This document shows positions 45,986 through 56,814 of a stretch of DNA of 62,528 nt, piece after piece. Position 1 is the stretch's first letter. Each line of letters begins with the position of its first letter. The position numbers and the translations under genes are program-made. The stretch is taken from assembly GCA_002719095.1 (NCBI GenBank), contig PBGO01000024.1:1-62528 (forward strand). Direction: 5' to 3'. The DNA is from Fidelibacterota bacterium (GTDB taxonomy: Bacteria; Fidelibacterota; Marinisomatia; SCGC-AAA003-L08; D37C17). The notes beneath the pieces are model-generated. The model did not search any database. It was not told the origin of the DNA and was given only the letters and a program-made list of their open reading frames with translations.

Positions 45986-46445
45986 TACTTCTCCTTGCAA
46001 AAACATATCTAAATTTAATGAGCAAACAGGCAAAAATTAAAACAAAATCAATTAAGATTGCATCAGTAATTGTTGTATCCAATGAGCTACAACCGCAAGA
46101 TATGTCTAGGCCCCGAAAAAATGCCAGTGAAAGCATTATTATAAAAAATACTAATAATAAAATTATCAAATTATTAGCTTCATCCATTAGAAATCCACTT
46201 ACTAAACAAAAGCCTAATAGAAATTCTAACCAAGGCAGTATTAAAGCTAGAGATGTATCAAGGAATGAGAGTCCAAAATATGATGAAAATTGATAAGCTT
46301 CAATCATTCTTGCAAATGAATATGGATCGATTATTTTATCAACAGAAGCATATATAAAATATCCTCCTATGATAAATCGCAAATATGCTATAAGTGTCAG
46401 TCTATCAAATTCAAAGCTATCTTTCAAAATCTTAATTAATTGCAT
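45978..46445 (-). CDS. MauE/DoxX-family membrane protein
   Basis: LIAYLRFIIGGYFIYASVDKIIDPYSFA and LPWLEFLLGFCLVSG form the typical MauE/DoxX pattern, with 4 TMs and a CGC near the C-terminus. The start is set at MQLIKILK, a 14-nt overlap with the rhodanese stop. Confidence 0.65.
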   Translation of the reverse strand: MQLIKILKDSFEFDRLTLIAYLRFIIGGYFIYASVDKIIDPYSFARMIEAYQFSSYFGLSFLDTSLALILPWLEFLLGFCLVSGFLMDEANNLIILLLVFFIIMLSLAFFRGLDISCGCSSLDTTITDAILIDFVLIFACLLIKFRYVFARRSNV

Positions 46446-47052
46446 TATTCCTCCAATCTTCCCAACCACCTTTATATATCGATACATTTTGATAATCAAA
46501 ATAATCAAACATATAATTTGCAAGATTTTCACTTTTATCACAATTCTTGGAGCCGCAATAAATAACAAAAACACCATCTCTGGGCATGTCATTTAAAATC
46601 TTTACACTTTCAAACTCGCTTTCATACATCAATTCAATCTCTTTTATTTTATCTAAATCATCTTTGTCATCAAAATAACCCTCACTCTCAATAGTTTCGA
46701 TATTACTTAGAGGTATATTTATTGCATTCTGTATCATCATCAATCTGTCATCTATTTTTTCATCATAAATTTCTGATGCTGATCTTGCATCGATGATATT
46801 AACACAATCTAAATTAATTAGAGCTTCAAGTTCTATGAAATTTATATTTTTTTTAATTGTTTTTACCATTTCACAATCCTTGAAATCTACATTAGCAATA
46901 TCAAGCTCAATCTTGAAATTATCTAAGTCAGGCAGATTTTTAAATAATAAAAAGTCATCAGATTTATGAAATGGATAAGATAACAATCCCAGCAAAACTG
47001 ATAGTGCCACTATCAATATGTATTTATTTAGTTTTTCTTTTAATGTTTGCAT
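46432..47052 (-). CDS. Rhodanese-domain protein with N-terminal signal/anchor
   Basis: The C-terminal rhodanese block is VNIIDARSASEIY...VFVIYCGSKNCDKSENLANYM...YKGGWEDW. The ATG at 47052 (MQTLKEKLNKYILIVALSVLLGLL) is preferred over the track's TTG at 47121. Confidence 0.65.
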   Translation of the reverse strand: MQTLKEKLNKYILIVALSVLLGLLSYPFHKSDDFLLFKNLPDLDNFKIELDIANVDFKDCEMVKTIKKNINFIELEALINLDCVNIIDARSASEIYDEKIDDRLMMIQNAINIPLSNIETIESEGYFDDKDDLDKIKEIELMYESEFESVKILNDMPRDGVFVIYCGSKNCDKSENLANYMFDYFDYQNVSIYKGGWEDWRNNAIN

Positions 47053-47154
47053 ACCATATAAAATAATAATTAATAATAAACTTTTTGTTCCTTTTTTTTC
47101 TTTTATCAAATAATAAATCAAAATAAATTAATCCTTTATTCGGCAATAATTTAT

Positions 47155-47230
47155 GGGGATATAGCTCAGTTGGGAGAGCGCGTGAATGGCATTCACGAGG
47201 TCAGCGGTTCGATCCCGCTTATCTCCACCA
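47155..47230 (+). tRNA. tRNA-Ala (anticodon GGC)
   Basis: GGGGATA TAGCTCAGTTGGGAGAGC G CGTGA-ATGGCAT-TCACG AGGTC AGCGG-TTCGATC-CCGCT TATCTCC-A-CCA. The G3:U70 identity pair is present and CCA is encoded. Confidence 0.9.
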
Positions 47231-47256
47231 TAATTTTTACTATAAGGAGATTAATT

Positions 47257-49983
47257 TTGGGAACACTAGGATCACTAAGGAATAATTCGAAGCCAATAAT
47301 TTGGTTTGTAATAATTGCATTTGTAGTTGGTTTAGCTGGAGCTGGATTATTTAGCTACATTTCTTCACAAAAACTTAACTTGTTTGGGATGTCGAGCCCA
47401 AACATTTATTCTATGACGGTCAATGGTATTCCTATTAACCATTCTGATAGAACCATTGGCGGAAATCAGAATGCTTTAGATTATATTGGTACTTTCTATG
47501 GCCCTAAATCATCTTTTGGAATGCCAATAGGAACTTCCAAGATATCTAACAATTTGGATATCGCTTCAAGTGACTCTGAGTATCATGATATAGATATCTA
47601 TAATAGGCACATGCAAACACAAAATGAACTAATATCTCGGGTTGTAACAGAACAAATCTATGATAATGCATTTCAAAATAATGTTTCAGATATGGATATT
47701 TTAATATTTTTAAAATCTGAAATTGATAATTCAAATTTCAGAACAAATGTGGGAGTAAGGTCGCCAATCATAAAAATTAACCAATATTTAAATAGTACTT
47801 ATTTTATTGGATTTGAAGAAAATTTTGAGGATGAGCCAGACGGTTTATGGAATACAAACGAAAGATTTGTTGATTTGAATAACAACAGAACCTGGGATAT
47901 TGGTGAAGAATTTACTGACTCAAGTGGAAATGGTGTTTGGGATATGGACGAGTATTTCGAAGATAAAGGCAATGGTGCTTGGGATGACGCTGACTTATTT
48001 GAGGATAAAGGAAATGGTTTGTGGGATATTGGTGAGGATCTTATTGACAAAAATGATAATAATATTTGGGATCCGGGTGAAGAATTTACTGATTTACCAG
48101 ATGGTGTCTGGACAGAAGGTGAGAAATTAACTCTTGATAGAAATAACAATGGAAAATGGGATGATGCCGAAACCTTTACTGATACTAACAACAATGGCTT
48201 GTGGGATGATGGAGAAAGTTTTGTTGATAAAGGTGATGGTATTTGGGATAATGGTCTTGAAGGATGGTTAAATCATTGTATTAAAGAGAAAAAGATTGAC
48301 TACAACCTAATCTTTAATAAGAATATTGCAAGCATTGTTAGAAATTATATTAATACAGTCGCTGTATATCATATAAAAAATAAAAAATTTGATTTAGCTT
48401 TTGAGGAAATTAATTATGAATCTCAATCTGATAAAAAAAATTCTTACCTCCAAAAAAAATCAAATGCAGTAATTAGCTACATATCTTATGACTTAAATAA
48501 AATCAATGTCTCTGAAGTAAGCTCAAGGATAGATGAAAATGCATTGAAAGAAAAAATTCCAGAATATGAAAATTTGCGTATTGGTTATTTTTCAACCAGC
48601 TTTTTATTAGCTGCACTAACACTTTTTATTATTTTTTCATACAAAAACAGACTAAAAAAATCGCTACTGTCATTGGGTTTATTTTTTACTTTTCTTCTTC
48701 TTTTGATTTTTATATTCAAATTAAGAAGTGATTTAAATCAAGGTAATGAAGAGTATGTAAATATCTCATATATACATTTATCACTTGATAATATTGAAGG
48801 AGAAAAACTGTCAGACTTAGGAAATGGAATTTGGGATCCAGGCGAAAAATTTACTGATACTAACGAAAATGGAATTTGGGATGAAGAGCCTCTTGAGCTG
48901 GATTTGAATGGAAATGGTCTTTTTGATAACGGTGACAAATATCAAGATTTAAATGAAAATGGTCAATATGACAGAGAGGATTTTATCGATCTAGGTAATG
49001 GGGTATGGAATTCTGGAGAAGATTTTGTGGATACAAATGAAAATGGTATGTGGGACAGTAAGGAAACATTAGCTGGAATTATGCTTGACGATTTGCTAAA
49101 CGAAATCGAAGAAACAAGTTTTAGTTCAGCTTTTGATAATTCTGATCTAACCAAAGAACAAAATATTTTTCTTTCAAAGAATTTCAATCAGGATAATATT
49201 TCAAATCTCGATATTGATCTTGAACAAAAATACGAGTTTGTAGATAATTCAATTCAACTTGTGACTGACAAAGAAGCAAAGATATTTGGATCAAGTTTAT
49301 TTGACGTGCTTAATGAAGCATTTGATGTGAAAGAAGGGAATACATTTATTATAAACCAAAATAATTCTTCAGATGGTTCTATATCAGGCTATATAATAGG
49401 TTTTGTTTCATCTAGAGGAAATCTTTACCAACAGACTGAGCTTGACAAATTAAAGTCCAAAGAAAGAAAGGTTGCAATCAAATCAATATTAATGGAAAAG
49501 AACATATTAGAAAAAGAGCTGTTTAAGCAAGAAATGAATAATATTATTTCAGGCGATTTAACGAGTGAAGATATTAAACAAAATTATCAAGAACTTGATG
49601 TTGTGTTTGAACACGAAGTATTACCCCCAGAAGATTCTACTCTTAGAGGATATGCGTCAGTCATGGGTGTTGGAGAGACATCTGACTTAATAATTGGAGA
49701 TGATAAGGCATTCGTAATATATCTATCTCAAAAATCTACAAACGATGGAGCTTTTGGAATGGATGATTTCACATATTCTCAACCAGGATATGAAAAATTT
49801 TCAAATTTCTTTGCAGATAATATTGATAACGCAGATATTCTTGATTGGAAAGATGAATCTTATTACAGGCCTATGACGAATGATCCAAATCAAAATAATG
49901 TAATAAATGATATTTATTTTAATCTAAATAATTTTAAATCAACTGTTCAATCGCTTTATATGGGTGATTTTGATATCAAATAA
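47257..49983 (+). CDS. PpiD/SurA-N-like periplasmic chaperone homologue, greatly expanded by repeat arrays and an internal TM hairpin
   Basis: The TTG start at 47257 lies 7 nt after AAGGAG. The track start at 47170 lies inside tRNA-Ala. LGSLRNNSKPIIWFVIIAFVVGLAGAG followed by TVNGIPINHSD resembles the PpiD N-terminus. Confidence 0.6.
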   Translation: MGTLGSLRNNSKPIIWFVIIAFVVGLAGAGLFSYISSQKLNLFGMSSPNIYSMTVNGIPINHSDRTIGGNQNALDYIGTFYGPKSSFGMPIGTSKISNNLDIASSDSEYHDIDIYNRHMQTQNELISRVVTEQIYDNAFQNNVSDMDILIFLKSEIDNSNFRTNVGVRSPIIKINQYLNSTYFIGFEENFEDEPDGLWNTNERFVDLNNNRTWDIGEEFTDSSGNGVWDMDEYFEDKGNGAWDDADLFEDKGNGLWDIGEDLIDKNDNNIWDPGEEFTDLPDGVWTEGEKLTLDRNNNGKWDDAETFTDTNNNGLWDDGESFVDKGDGIWDNGLEGWLNHCIKEKKIDYNLIFNKNIASIVRNYINTVAVYHIKNKKFDLAFEEINYESQSDKKNSYLQKKSNAVISYISYDLNKINVSEVSSRIDENALKEKIPEYENLRIGYFSTSFLLAALTLFIIFSYKNRLKKSLLSLGLFFTFLLLLIFIFKLRSDLNQGNEEYVNISYIHLSLDNIEGEKLSDLGNGIWDPGEKFTDTNENGIWDEEPLELDLNGNGLFDNGDKYQDLNENGQYDREDFIDLGNGVWNSGEDFVDTNENGMWDSKETLAGIMLDDLLNEIEETSFSSAFDNSDLTKEQNIFLSKNFNQDNISNLDIDLEQKYEFVDNSIQLVTDKEAKIFGSSLFDVLNEAFDVKEGNTFIINQNNSSDGSISGYIIGFVSSRGNLYQQTELDKLKSKERKVAIKSILMEKNILEKELFKQEMNNIISGDLTSEDIKQNYQELDVVFEHEVLPPEDSTLRGYASVMGVGETSDLIIGDDKAFVIYLSQKSTNDGAFGMDDFTYSQPGYEKFSNFFADNIDNADILDWKDESYYRPMTNDPNQNNVINDIYFNLNNFKSTVQSLYMGDFDIK
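47821..48270 (+). repeat. About ten tandem DxNxNGxWDxGExFxD coding repeats (array 1)
   Basis: The array reads EPDGLWNTNERFVD LNNNRTWDIGEEFTD SSGNGVWDMDEYFED KGNGAWDDADLFED KGNGLWDIGEDLID KNDNNIWDPGEEFTD LPDGVWTEGEKLTLD RNNNGKWDDAETFTD TNNNGLWDDGESFVD KGDGIWDNG. Confidence 0.85.
48815..49065 (+). repeat. About six tandem repeats of the same motif (array 2)
   Basis: The array reads LGNGIWDPGEKFTD TNENGIWDEEPLELD LNGNGLFDNGDKYQD LNENGQYDREDFID LGNGVWNSGEDFVD TNENGMWDSKE. Confidence 0.85.
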
Positions 49984-50047
49984 AGTAATATCAAAATACA
50001 ACTGATATAATTTTTTAAAATTTATAATTTATATAGAATTTAATTAT

Positions 50048-50485
50048 ATGAAATCAGATGATTTAAATAAATATTTGGTTGCTCAATCAAATTTTTACGA
50101 AACAGCCATTCAAGAAATTAAAAATTCTAAAAAAATCAGTCATTGGATGTGGTATATTTTTCCTCAAATTCAAGGACTAGGAAATAGTGAAGTTTCTAAA
50201 AAATACTCGATAAAAAGTATAAAACAAGGACGAGATTATCTAGAACACAAGATTCTTTATCCTAGACTCATAAAAGCAACCACATACGTATATCAAATCG
50301 AAGACAGAACAGCTTTAGAAATATTTGGACATACTGATAATTTAAAATTCAAGTCGTCTATGTCGCTCTTTTCAATTTTATCTACTAATGATACTTTATT
50401 TGAAAAAGTACTAAATAAATACTACAATGGTGTTTTGTGTAAAAAAACGCAATTGTGGTTCAAGAATCAAAAAAATTATAATTAA
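50048..50485 (+). CDS. DUF1810-family protein
   Basis: 145 aa. SHWMWYIFPQIQGLGNS is the hallmark block I associate with DUF1810. Confidence 0.6.
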   Translation: MKSDDLNKYLVAQSNFYETAIQEIKNSKKISHWMWYIFPQIQGLGNSEVSKKYSIKSIKQGRDYLEHKILYPRLIKATTYVYQIEDRTALEIFGHTDNLKFKSSMSLFSILSTNDTLFEKVLNKYYNGVLCKKTQLWFKNQKNYN

Positions 50486-50508
50486 GGTATTATACTATAA
50501 ATGAATTT

Positions 50509-50545
50509 AAAAAAAAAGCACCTCTAATGAGGTGCTTTTTAGTTT
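50509..50545. terminator. Bidirectional rho-independent terminator between convergent genes
   Basis: A9 - AGCACCTC - TAAT - GAGGTGCT - T-rich tail (TTTTAGTTT). The stem is a perfect 8 bp, flanked by an A-run on one side and a T-run on the other. It lies between the DUF1810 stop (50485) and the groEL stop (50564). Confidence 0.75.
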
Positions 50546-50563
50546 GAACAGTGATAATAGGGT

Positions 50564-52237
<1,674 letters not shown>

Positions 52238-52241
52238 TTAT

Positions 52242-52520
52242 TTATAATGTTGCTAAAATATCGCTTTCACGCATGATTAGTAATTCTCCTCCATCAATCT
52301 CTGAACCAGAATATTTACCATACAATACTTTATCACCTTTTTTTACTGTCATTTTTACAATTTGCCCTGAGTCAGATACCTTTCCAGGTCCTGCAGCAAC
52401 AACTTCACCAATTTGTGGTTTTTCTTTAGCCGTATCTGGCAATATAATGCCTGATGCTGTTTTTTCCTCTGCTGCTTGAGGCTTAACTACGACTCTATCT
52501 GAAAGTGGATTTAATTTCAT
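52242..52520 (-). CDS. groES: Co-chaperonin GroES
   Basis: 92 aa. The N-terminus is [14 protein letters not shown] and the mobile loop is [22 protein letters not shown] Shine-Dalgarno sequence lies upstream. Confidence 0.95.
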   Translation of the reverse strand: MKLNPLSDRVVVKPQAAEEKTASGIILPDTAKEKPQIGEVVAAGPGKVSDSGQIVKMTVKKGDKVLYGKYSGSEIDGGELLIMRESDILATL

Positions 52521-52601
52521 TTTGTATCTCCATTTGATTAATATAACAAAGTAAATTATTCAAACACTATGCCATAATATTTTTATGACAAATCGTCATA
52601 A

Positions 52602-53039
52602 CTATTTACCAGTACTCCCAAATCCTCCATCTCCTCTAGATGACTTAGTAAGCTGATTTTTTATCTTGAATGTAATTTGTGAACAATCATGAGCGACTAA
52701 TTGAAATAATCTATCACCTTTTTTAATTGAAAAATTAAAATCTTTTATATTGTCACAACATGCCATTATTTCACCTCTGTAGCCACCGTCAATTAAACCA
52801 ATCGAGTTTGACATTCTCAAAGGAGTTTTACTTATACTTGAACGTGGCATCAAATAGTACGCCTTACTATCTGCAGGTTCACATGCAATGCCCAATTTTA
52901 TTATCTTGGTTTCACCTGCTAAAAAAGTAACATCATCAAGAATGTATAAATCTAGTCCAGCATCACCTTGATGAAAATGTTTATGATTTTGATAGTAATT
53001 AATAGCTTTTTCATTTAAAATTTTAATATATATTTTCAT
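52602..53039 (-). CDS. dut: dUTP diphosphatase
   Basis: Motifs GDAGLDLY, PRSSISK, GLIDGGYRGEI, DRLFQLV and RGDGGFGSTGK are present. Confidence 0.9.
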   Translation of the reverse strand: MKIYIKILNEKAINYYQNHKHFHQGDAGLDLYILDDVTFLAGETKIIKLGIACEPADSKAYYLMPRSSISKTPLRMSNSIGLIDGGYRGEIMACCDNIKDFNFSIKKGDRLFQLVAHDCSQITFKIKNQLTKSSRGDGGFGSTGK

Positions 53040-54978
53040 TTTGTTTTATTGGTTCTATCCAATCTCCATTTTCTTTAATTAAATCAATAAGCGCTTTGTC
53101 TGCTGTTTCCATTGGGACATCTCTTTGAATTACGTCCTGTTTTTTGTATAAAGAAATTTTTCCTATACCTGTACCAACATAACCATAATCTGCATCTGCC
53201 ATTTCACCTGGACCATTTACAATACATCCCATAATACCAATTTTAAGACCTTTTAAATGTTCGGTTTTAGATCTTATTCTAGCTGTCACTTCTTGCAAAT
53301 CAAACAAAGTTCTTCCACACGAAGGGCAGGAAATATATTCGGTTTTGGTGATTCTTGTTCGACTAGCCTGAAGAATACCAAATGATGTTTTATTGATTGA
53401 GGAAAGATTAGCTTTAAGCTTGTTTGAAAGAAATATACCGTCTCCAAGCCCATCAATTAGTACACCACCAATATCAATTGTGCTATTTATCTGCAATTTA
53501 GAATCTGATATATTATGATATGAATTTGAAATGAGCACAGGTACCTCACATCCTGCATTAATCAAATTAATAAAAAACTTTCTAAAATCTTTCATTGTAT
53601 TTTTTTTACTACTTTTAGCAACTAAAACAACAGAAGATTGACTCTTTAATTTTTGAATGATTTCTTCACAAAATTCATCACATTCAAGTTCAACAAACAT
53701 AAGTATAGTATTACAATTATAATTCTTTAGAAAGTCTTCTTTTTTCATTAAGGGATAGAAATTTTTACGCTTTTCTTTAACCCAAACAGAGTAATCTTGT
53801 ATCACTCCCAGAGTTCCAGGCAAATCGAAATCAAGATTATTTTTGCCTAAGAATAAATAGTCGCATGCGAAATCACTTATTCCCCACTTATCATCTTTTT
53901 TAAAATATTTATAACCTAATTCTCCTAATGTTTTACGGTTGATATTTTTACGATTACTTAAATCGTTCACAACTCTTGGAACATTATTGCCTCCTATATT
54001 TAAAATTTCTCTACTTTTTCTAATATTATATTCAAAAGGATTTATATCATATTTAATACTTTCAAAGGATACTTTGCTTTTATCTAAATTTTTATATTTA
54101 TTAACAATCGTTTTTGCTACAGGAATTTCATATTCAGGCTCTTCAGTTAAAGAAACTCTGATAGTATCCCCAAGTCCATCTTCAAGTAGAGTCCCAATAC
54201 CTAGTGCTGATTTAATTCTACCATCTTCTCCCTCACCAGCTTCAGTAACACCTAAATGAAGAGGATAAAACATATTTTCTTTATTCATACTATTTACTAA
54301 AAGTCTGTAAGCCTGAATCATCACTATCGGATTACTTGCTTTCATCGATAAAACAATATTATGAAAGTTTTCGTCAGCACAAATTCTTAGGAATTCCATT
54401 GCAGATTCCACCATTCCTCTTGGGGTATCCCCATAGCGACTCAATATACGATCTGACAATGAACCATGATTTGTTCCAATTCTCATGGCAGTTCCATACT
54501 CTTTGCAAACTTTTAATAAAGGAAGAAAACGATTCCTGATTCGTGAAATTTCATTTTCGTATTCGGAATCTGTATAATTTATGTGATCAAACTTTTTTCT
54601 ATCAGCATAGTTTCCAGGATTTATCCTTACTTTCTCAACTATTCTGGCTGCTATTTGTGCAGCGTTTGGAGTAAAATGAATGTCAGCAATTAGAGGAGTT
54701 TTATAACCTTTTTTTCTTAATTCTTTTCTTATATTTGCTAAATTTTCTGCTTCTTTTCTGCCTGGAGCTGTTATTCTAACATATTCACAGCCAGCATTAA
54801 TCATTCTAACGGATTGCTCAACAGTACTTTTGGTATCCATTGTATTAGTTGTCGTCATAGATTGAACTCTAATTGGATAATTGCTACCAATGAATACGCC
54901 ACCAACATTTACTTCACAAGTTTTTCTTCTTGAGTAAGCTAAAATAGAATCACAATATTTGTTAGATAATTTTTCCAC
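53023..54978 (-). CDS. ispG: 4-hydroxy-3-methylbut-2-en-1-yl diphosphate synthase, long form with inserted domain
   Basis: The TIM-barrel blocks are VQSMTTT, RITAPG, IADIHF, RINPGN and GTNHGSL. A roughly 270-aa insert follows, then the 4Fe-4S domain (CPSCGRT, GCIVNGPGE). Confidence 0.9.
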   Translation of the reverse strand: MEKLSNKYCDSILAYSRRKTCEVNVGGVFIGSNYPIRVQSMTTTNTMDTKSTVEQSVRMINAGCEYVRITAPGRKEAENLANIRKELRKKGYKTPLIADIHFTPNAAQIAARIVEKVRINPGNYADRKKFDHINYTDSEYENEISRIRNRFLPLLKVCKEYGTAMRIGTNHGSLSDRILSRYGDTPRGMVESAMEFLRICADENFHNIVLSMKASNPIVMIQAYRLLVNSMNKENMFYPLHLGVTEAGEGEDGRIKSALGIGTLLEDGLGDTIRVSLTEEPEYEIPVAKTIVNKYKNLDKSKVSFESIKYDINPFEYNIRKSREILNIGGNNVPRVVNDLSNRKNINRKTLGELGYKYFKKDDKWGISDFACDYLFLGKNNLDFDLPGTLGVIQDYSVWVKEKRKNFYPLMKKEDFLKNYNCNTILMFVELECDEFCEEIIQKLKSQSSVVLVAKSSKKNTMKDFRKFFINLINAGCEVPVLISNSYHNISDSKLQINSTIDIGGVLIDGLGDGIFLSNKLKANLSSINKTSFGILQASRTRITKTEYISCPSCGRTLFDLQEVTARIRSKTEHLKGLKIGIMGCIVNGPGEMADADYGYVGTGIGKISLYKKQDVIQRDVPMETADKALIDLIKENGDWIEPIKQNENIY

Positions 54979-55023
54979 GAAAATATACTATAATTTAATA
55001 CTGTTTATTTGTAATATAAAATA

Positions 55024-56814
55024 ATGACTATTAGAACTTTCATTTTAGGTATTATCCTTTCGATTATTTTGGGATCTGCTAATGCATATTTAGGTCTTTT
55101 TGCAGGAATGACTATTTCTGCTTCAATACCTGCTGCAGTTTTATCAATGGGAATTTTGTCATTGTTTAAGAATTCCTCAATTAAAGAAAATAATCTAGTG
55201 CAAACTTCAGCATCAGCAGGTGAGTCTCTTGCAGCTGGAATAATATTTACAATTCCTGCTTTAATTTTAATTGGTAGAGAAGATGGCTACATAGGTTGGG
55301 ATAATTTTAATTATTCTAAAATATTGTTATTTTCAATGATAGGCGGAATTATGGGTATTTTTTTTACAATACCATTAAGAAATGCATTAATAAGAAATGC
55401 TAAACTTAGCTTTCCTGAAGGACAAGCTACAGCTAAAGTACTTCAGGTAGGAGAAGATTTGAGGCAAGAATATTCAAAGGCATCTTTCTCAAACTTTAAA
55501 AGTATGATTTATTCCTCAGTTATTGGCGCTCTTTTCAAATTATTTCAATCAGGATTTCATATCTTACCTGAAGTGTTTTCGAAAGCTAGTCATTTTTTTA
55601 ACTCAACATTGGCATTTGGTTTATCATTATCACCTGCACTGGTTTCAGTTGGTTTCATTGTTGGGAAACGGATTTCTTTAATGATTTTTTCAGGAGGAGC
55701 TCTTGCATGGTTTTTAATTTTACCAATTCTATCTATTTTATCGGAAAAAAGAATTGATGATCCAATGAATTTTTCATACACAATTTGGAATTCGCAAATT
55801 CGATATATTGGTGTTGGCGCAATGCTTGTTGGAGGTATTTGGTCATTAATTTCAGTTGCAAGTTATCTATTGAAAGAATTATCAAATCGCAATTCAAAAT
55901 CAAATTTTGACAGTAAGGATGATTTGTCATATAGATTTGTAATAGTAACTATGTCAATAATATATATTTTGTTAGTATATCTTTTTTACCAAGAAGTTGG
56001 CTCACTACTGTTTTCTACTGGAATTTCAACAATAATTATAATAATGGCATTTCTTTTTTGTTCAGTTGCTGCTTACATGGCGGGTATAGTTGGTTCTTCA
56101 AATAATCCCATATCTGGTGTTACTATTGCCACAATAATGTTTGCAAGCTCAATCATACTCTTATTAAAAGGCTCCATAGATTCTGGTCCAATAATATCGA
56201 TTTTAATCGGTTCGGTCATTTGTTGCGCTGCTGCAATTGGTGGTGATAATATGCAAGATCTTAAAACAGGTGAAATCATTAATGCATCTCCTTGGAAACA
56301 ACAGATTATGCAATTAGTTGGCGCTATATCCGCAGCTGTAGTAATGGGTTTTGTAATAATAATTTTGCATGATGCTTATGGTATTGGTACAGGCTTAAAA
56401 GCACCACAAGCAAATTTAATGAAAATGGTTTCAGTTGGTATTTTCTCCAAAAATCTTCCGTGGAATATGGTTTTGACCGGCTCATTTATTGCGATTCTGA
56501 TTATCATTTACAATTTAATTTTCAAATCACAAATTCAAGTATTAGCAGTTGCAGTGGGAATATATCTCCCATTAGAACTTTCAACACCTATTTTGATTGG
56601 GGGATTAATTGCCTCATCGATTAAAGATACTGATAAAGGAATTTTAATTAGCTCCGGAATTATTACAGGTGAGGCACTAATGGGTATTTTTATTGCATTA
56701 CCAATTTTTTTATCGGGAAATAAGAATTGGTGGCCTCAATATATGCCTTTAGAAATAGGAGGTATAATAATTTTTATTCTTTTTCTATTTTGGTTTTGGA
56801 ACAGATCGAGATAA
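55024..56814 (+). CDS. OPT-family oligopeptide transporter
   Basis: 596 aa with about 15 TMs. The N-terminal block GSANAYLGLFAGMTISASIPAAV and the DNMQDLKTG block are typical of bacterial OPT proteins. Confidence 0.75.
   Translation: MTIRTFILGIILSIILGSANAYLGLFAGMTISASIPAAVLSMGILSLFKNSSIKENNLVQTSASAGESLAAGIIFTIPALILIGREDGYIGWDNFNYSKILLFSMIGGIMGIFFTIPLRNALIRNAKLSFPEGQATAKVLQVGEDLRQEYSKASFSNFKSMIYSSVIGALFKLFQSGFHILPEVFSKASHFFNSTLAFGLSLSPALVSVGFIVGKRISLMIFSGGALAWFLILPILSILSEKRIDDPMNFSYTIWNSQIRYIGVGAMLVGGIWSLISVASYLLKELSNRNSKSNFDSKDDLSYRFVIVTMSIIYILLVYLFYQEVGSLLFSTGISTIIIIMAFLFCSVAAYMAGIVGSSNNPISGVTIATIMFASSIILLLKGSIDSGPIISILIGSVICCAAAIGGDNMQDLKTGEIINASPWKQQIMQLVGAISAAVVMGFVIIILHDAYGIGTGLKAPQANLMKMVSVGIFSKNLPWNMVLTGSFIAILIIIYNLIFKSQIQVLAVAVGIYLPLELSTPILIGGLIASSIKDTDKGILISSGIITGEALMGIFIALPIFLSGNKNWWPQYMPLEIGGIIIFILFLFWFWNRSR

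Noticed and set aside
44590-47230. tRNA-flanked segment considered as a possible integrated element or genomic island
   Set aside because: There is no integrase, transposase, direct repeat of a tRNA 3' end or compositional shift. The genes between the tRNAs are translationally coupled to each other like the rest of the window.
47799-48194. Antisense ORFs inside the repeat arrays (47799-48194, 48738-48938, 48963-49187 and 28501-28704), and the idea that the periodic DNA might be a CRISPR-like array
   Set aside because: The periodicity is 42-45 nt of imperfect coding repeats in a long sense ORF. There is no repeat-spacer structure. The antisense frames are open only because of the biased repeat composition.
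52521-52601. CIRCE/HrcA operator or sigma-32 promoter upstream of groES
   Set aside because: There is no GCACTC/GAGTGC inverted repeat and no CCCCAT-type -10 box. Only the unrelated TATGAC/GTCATA palindrome is present, and it is reported separately.
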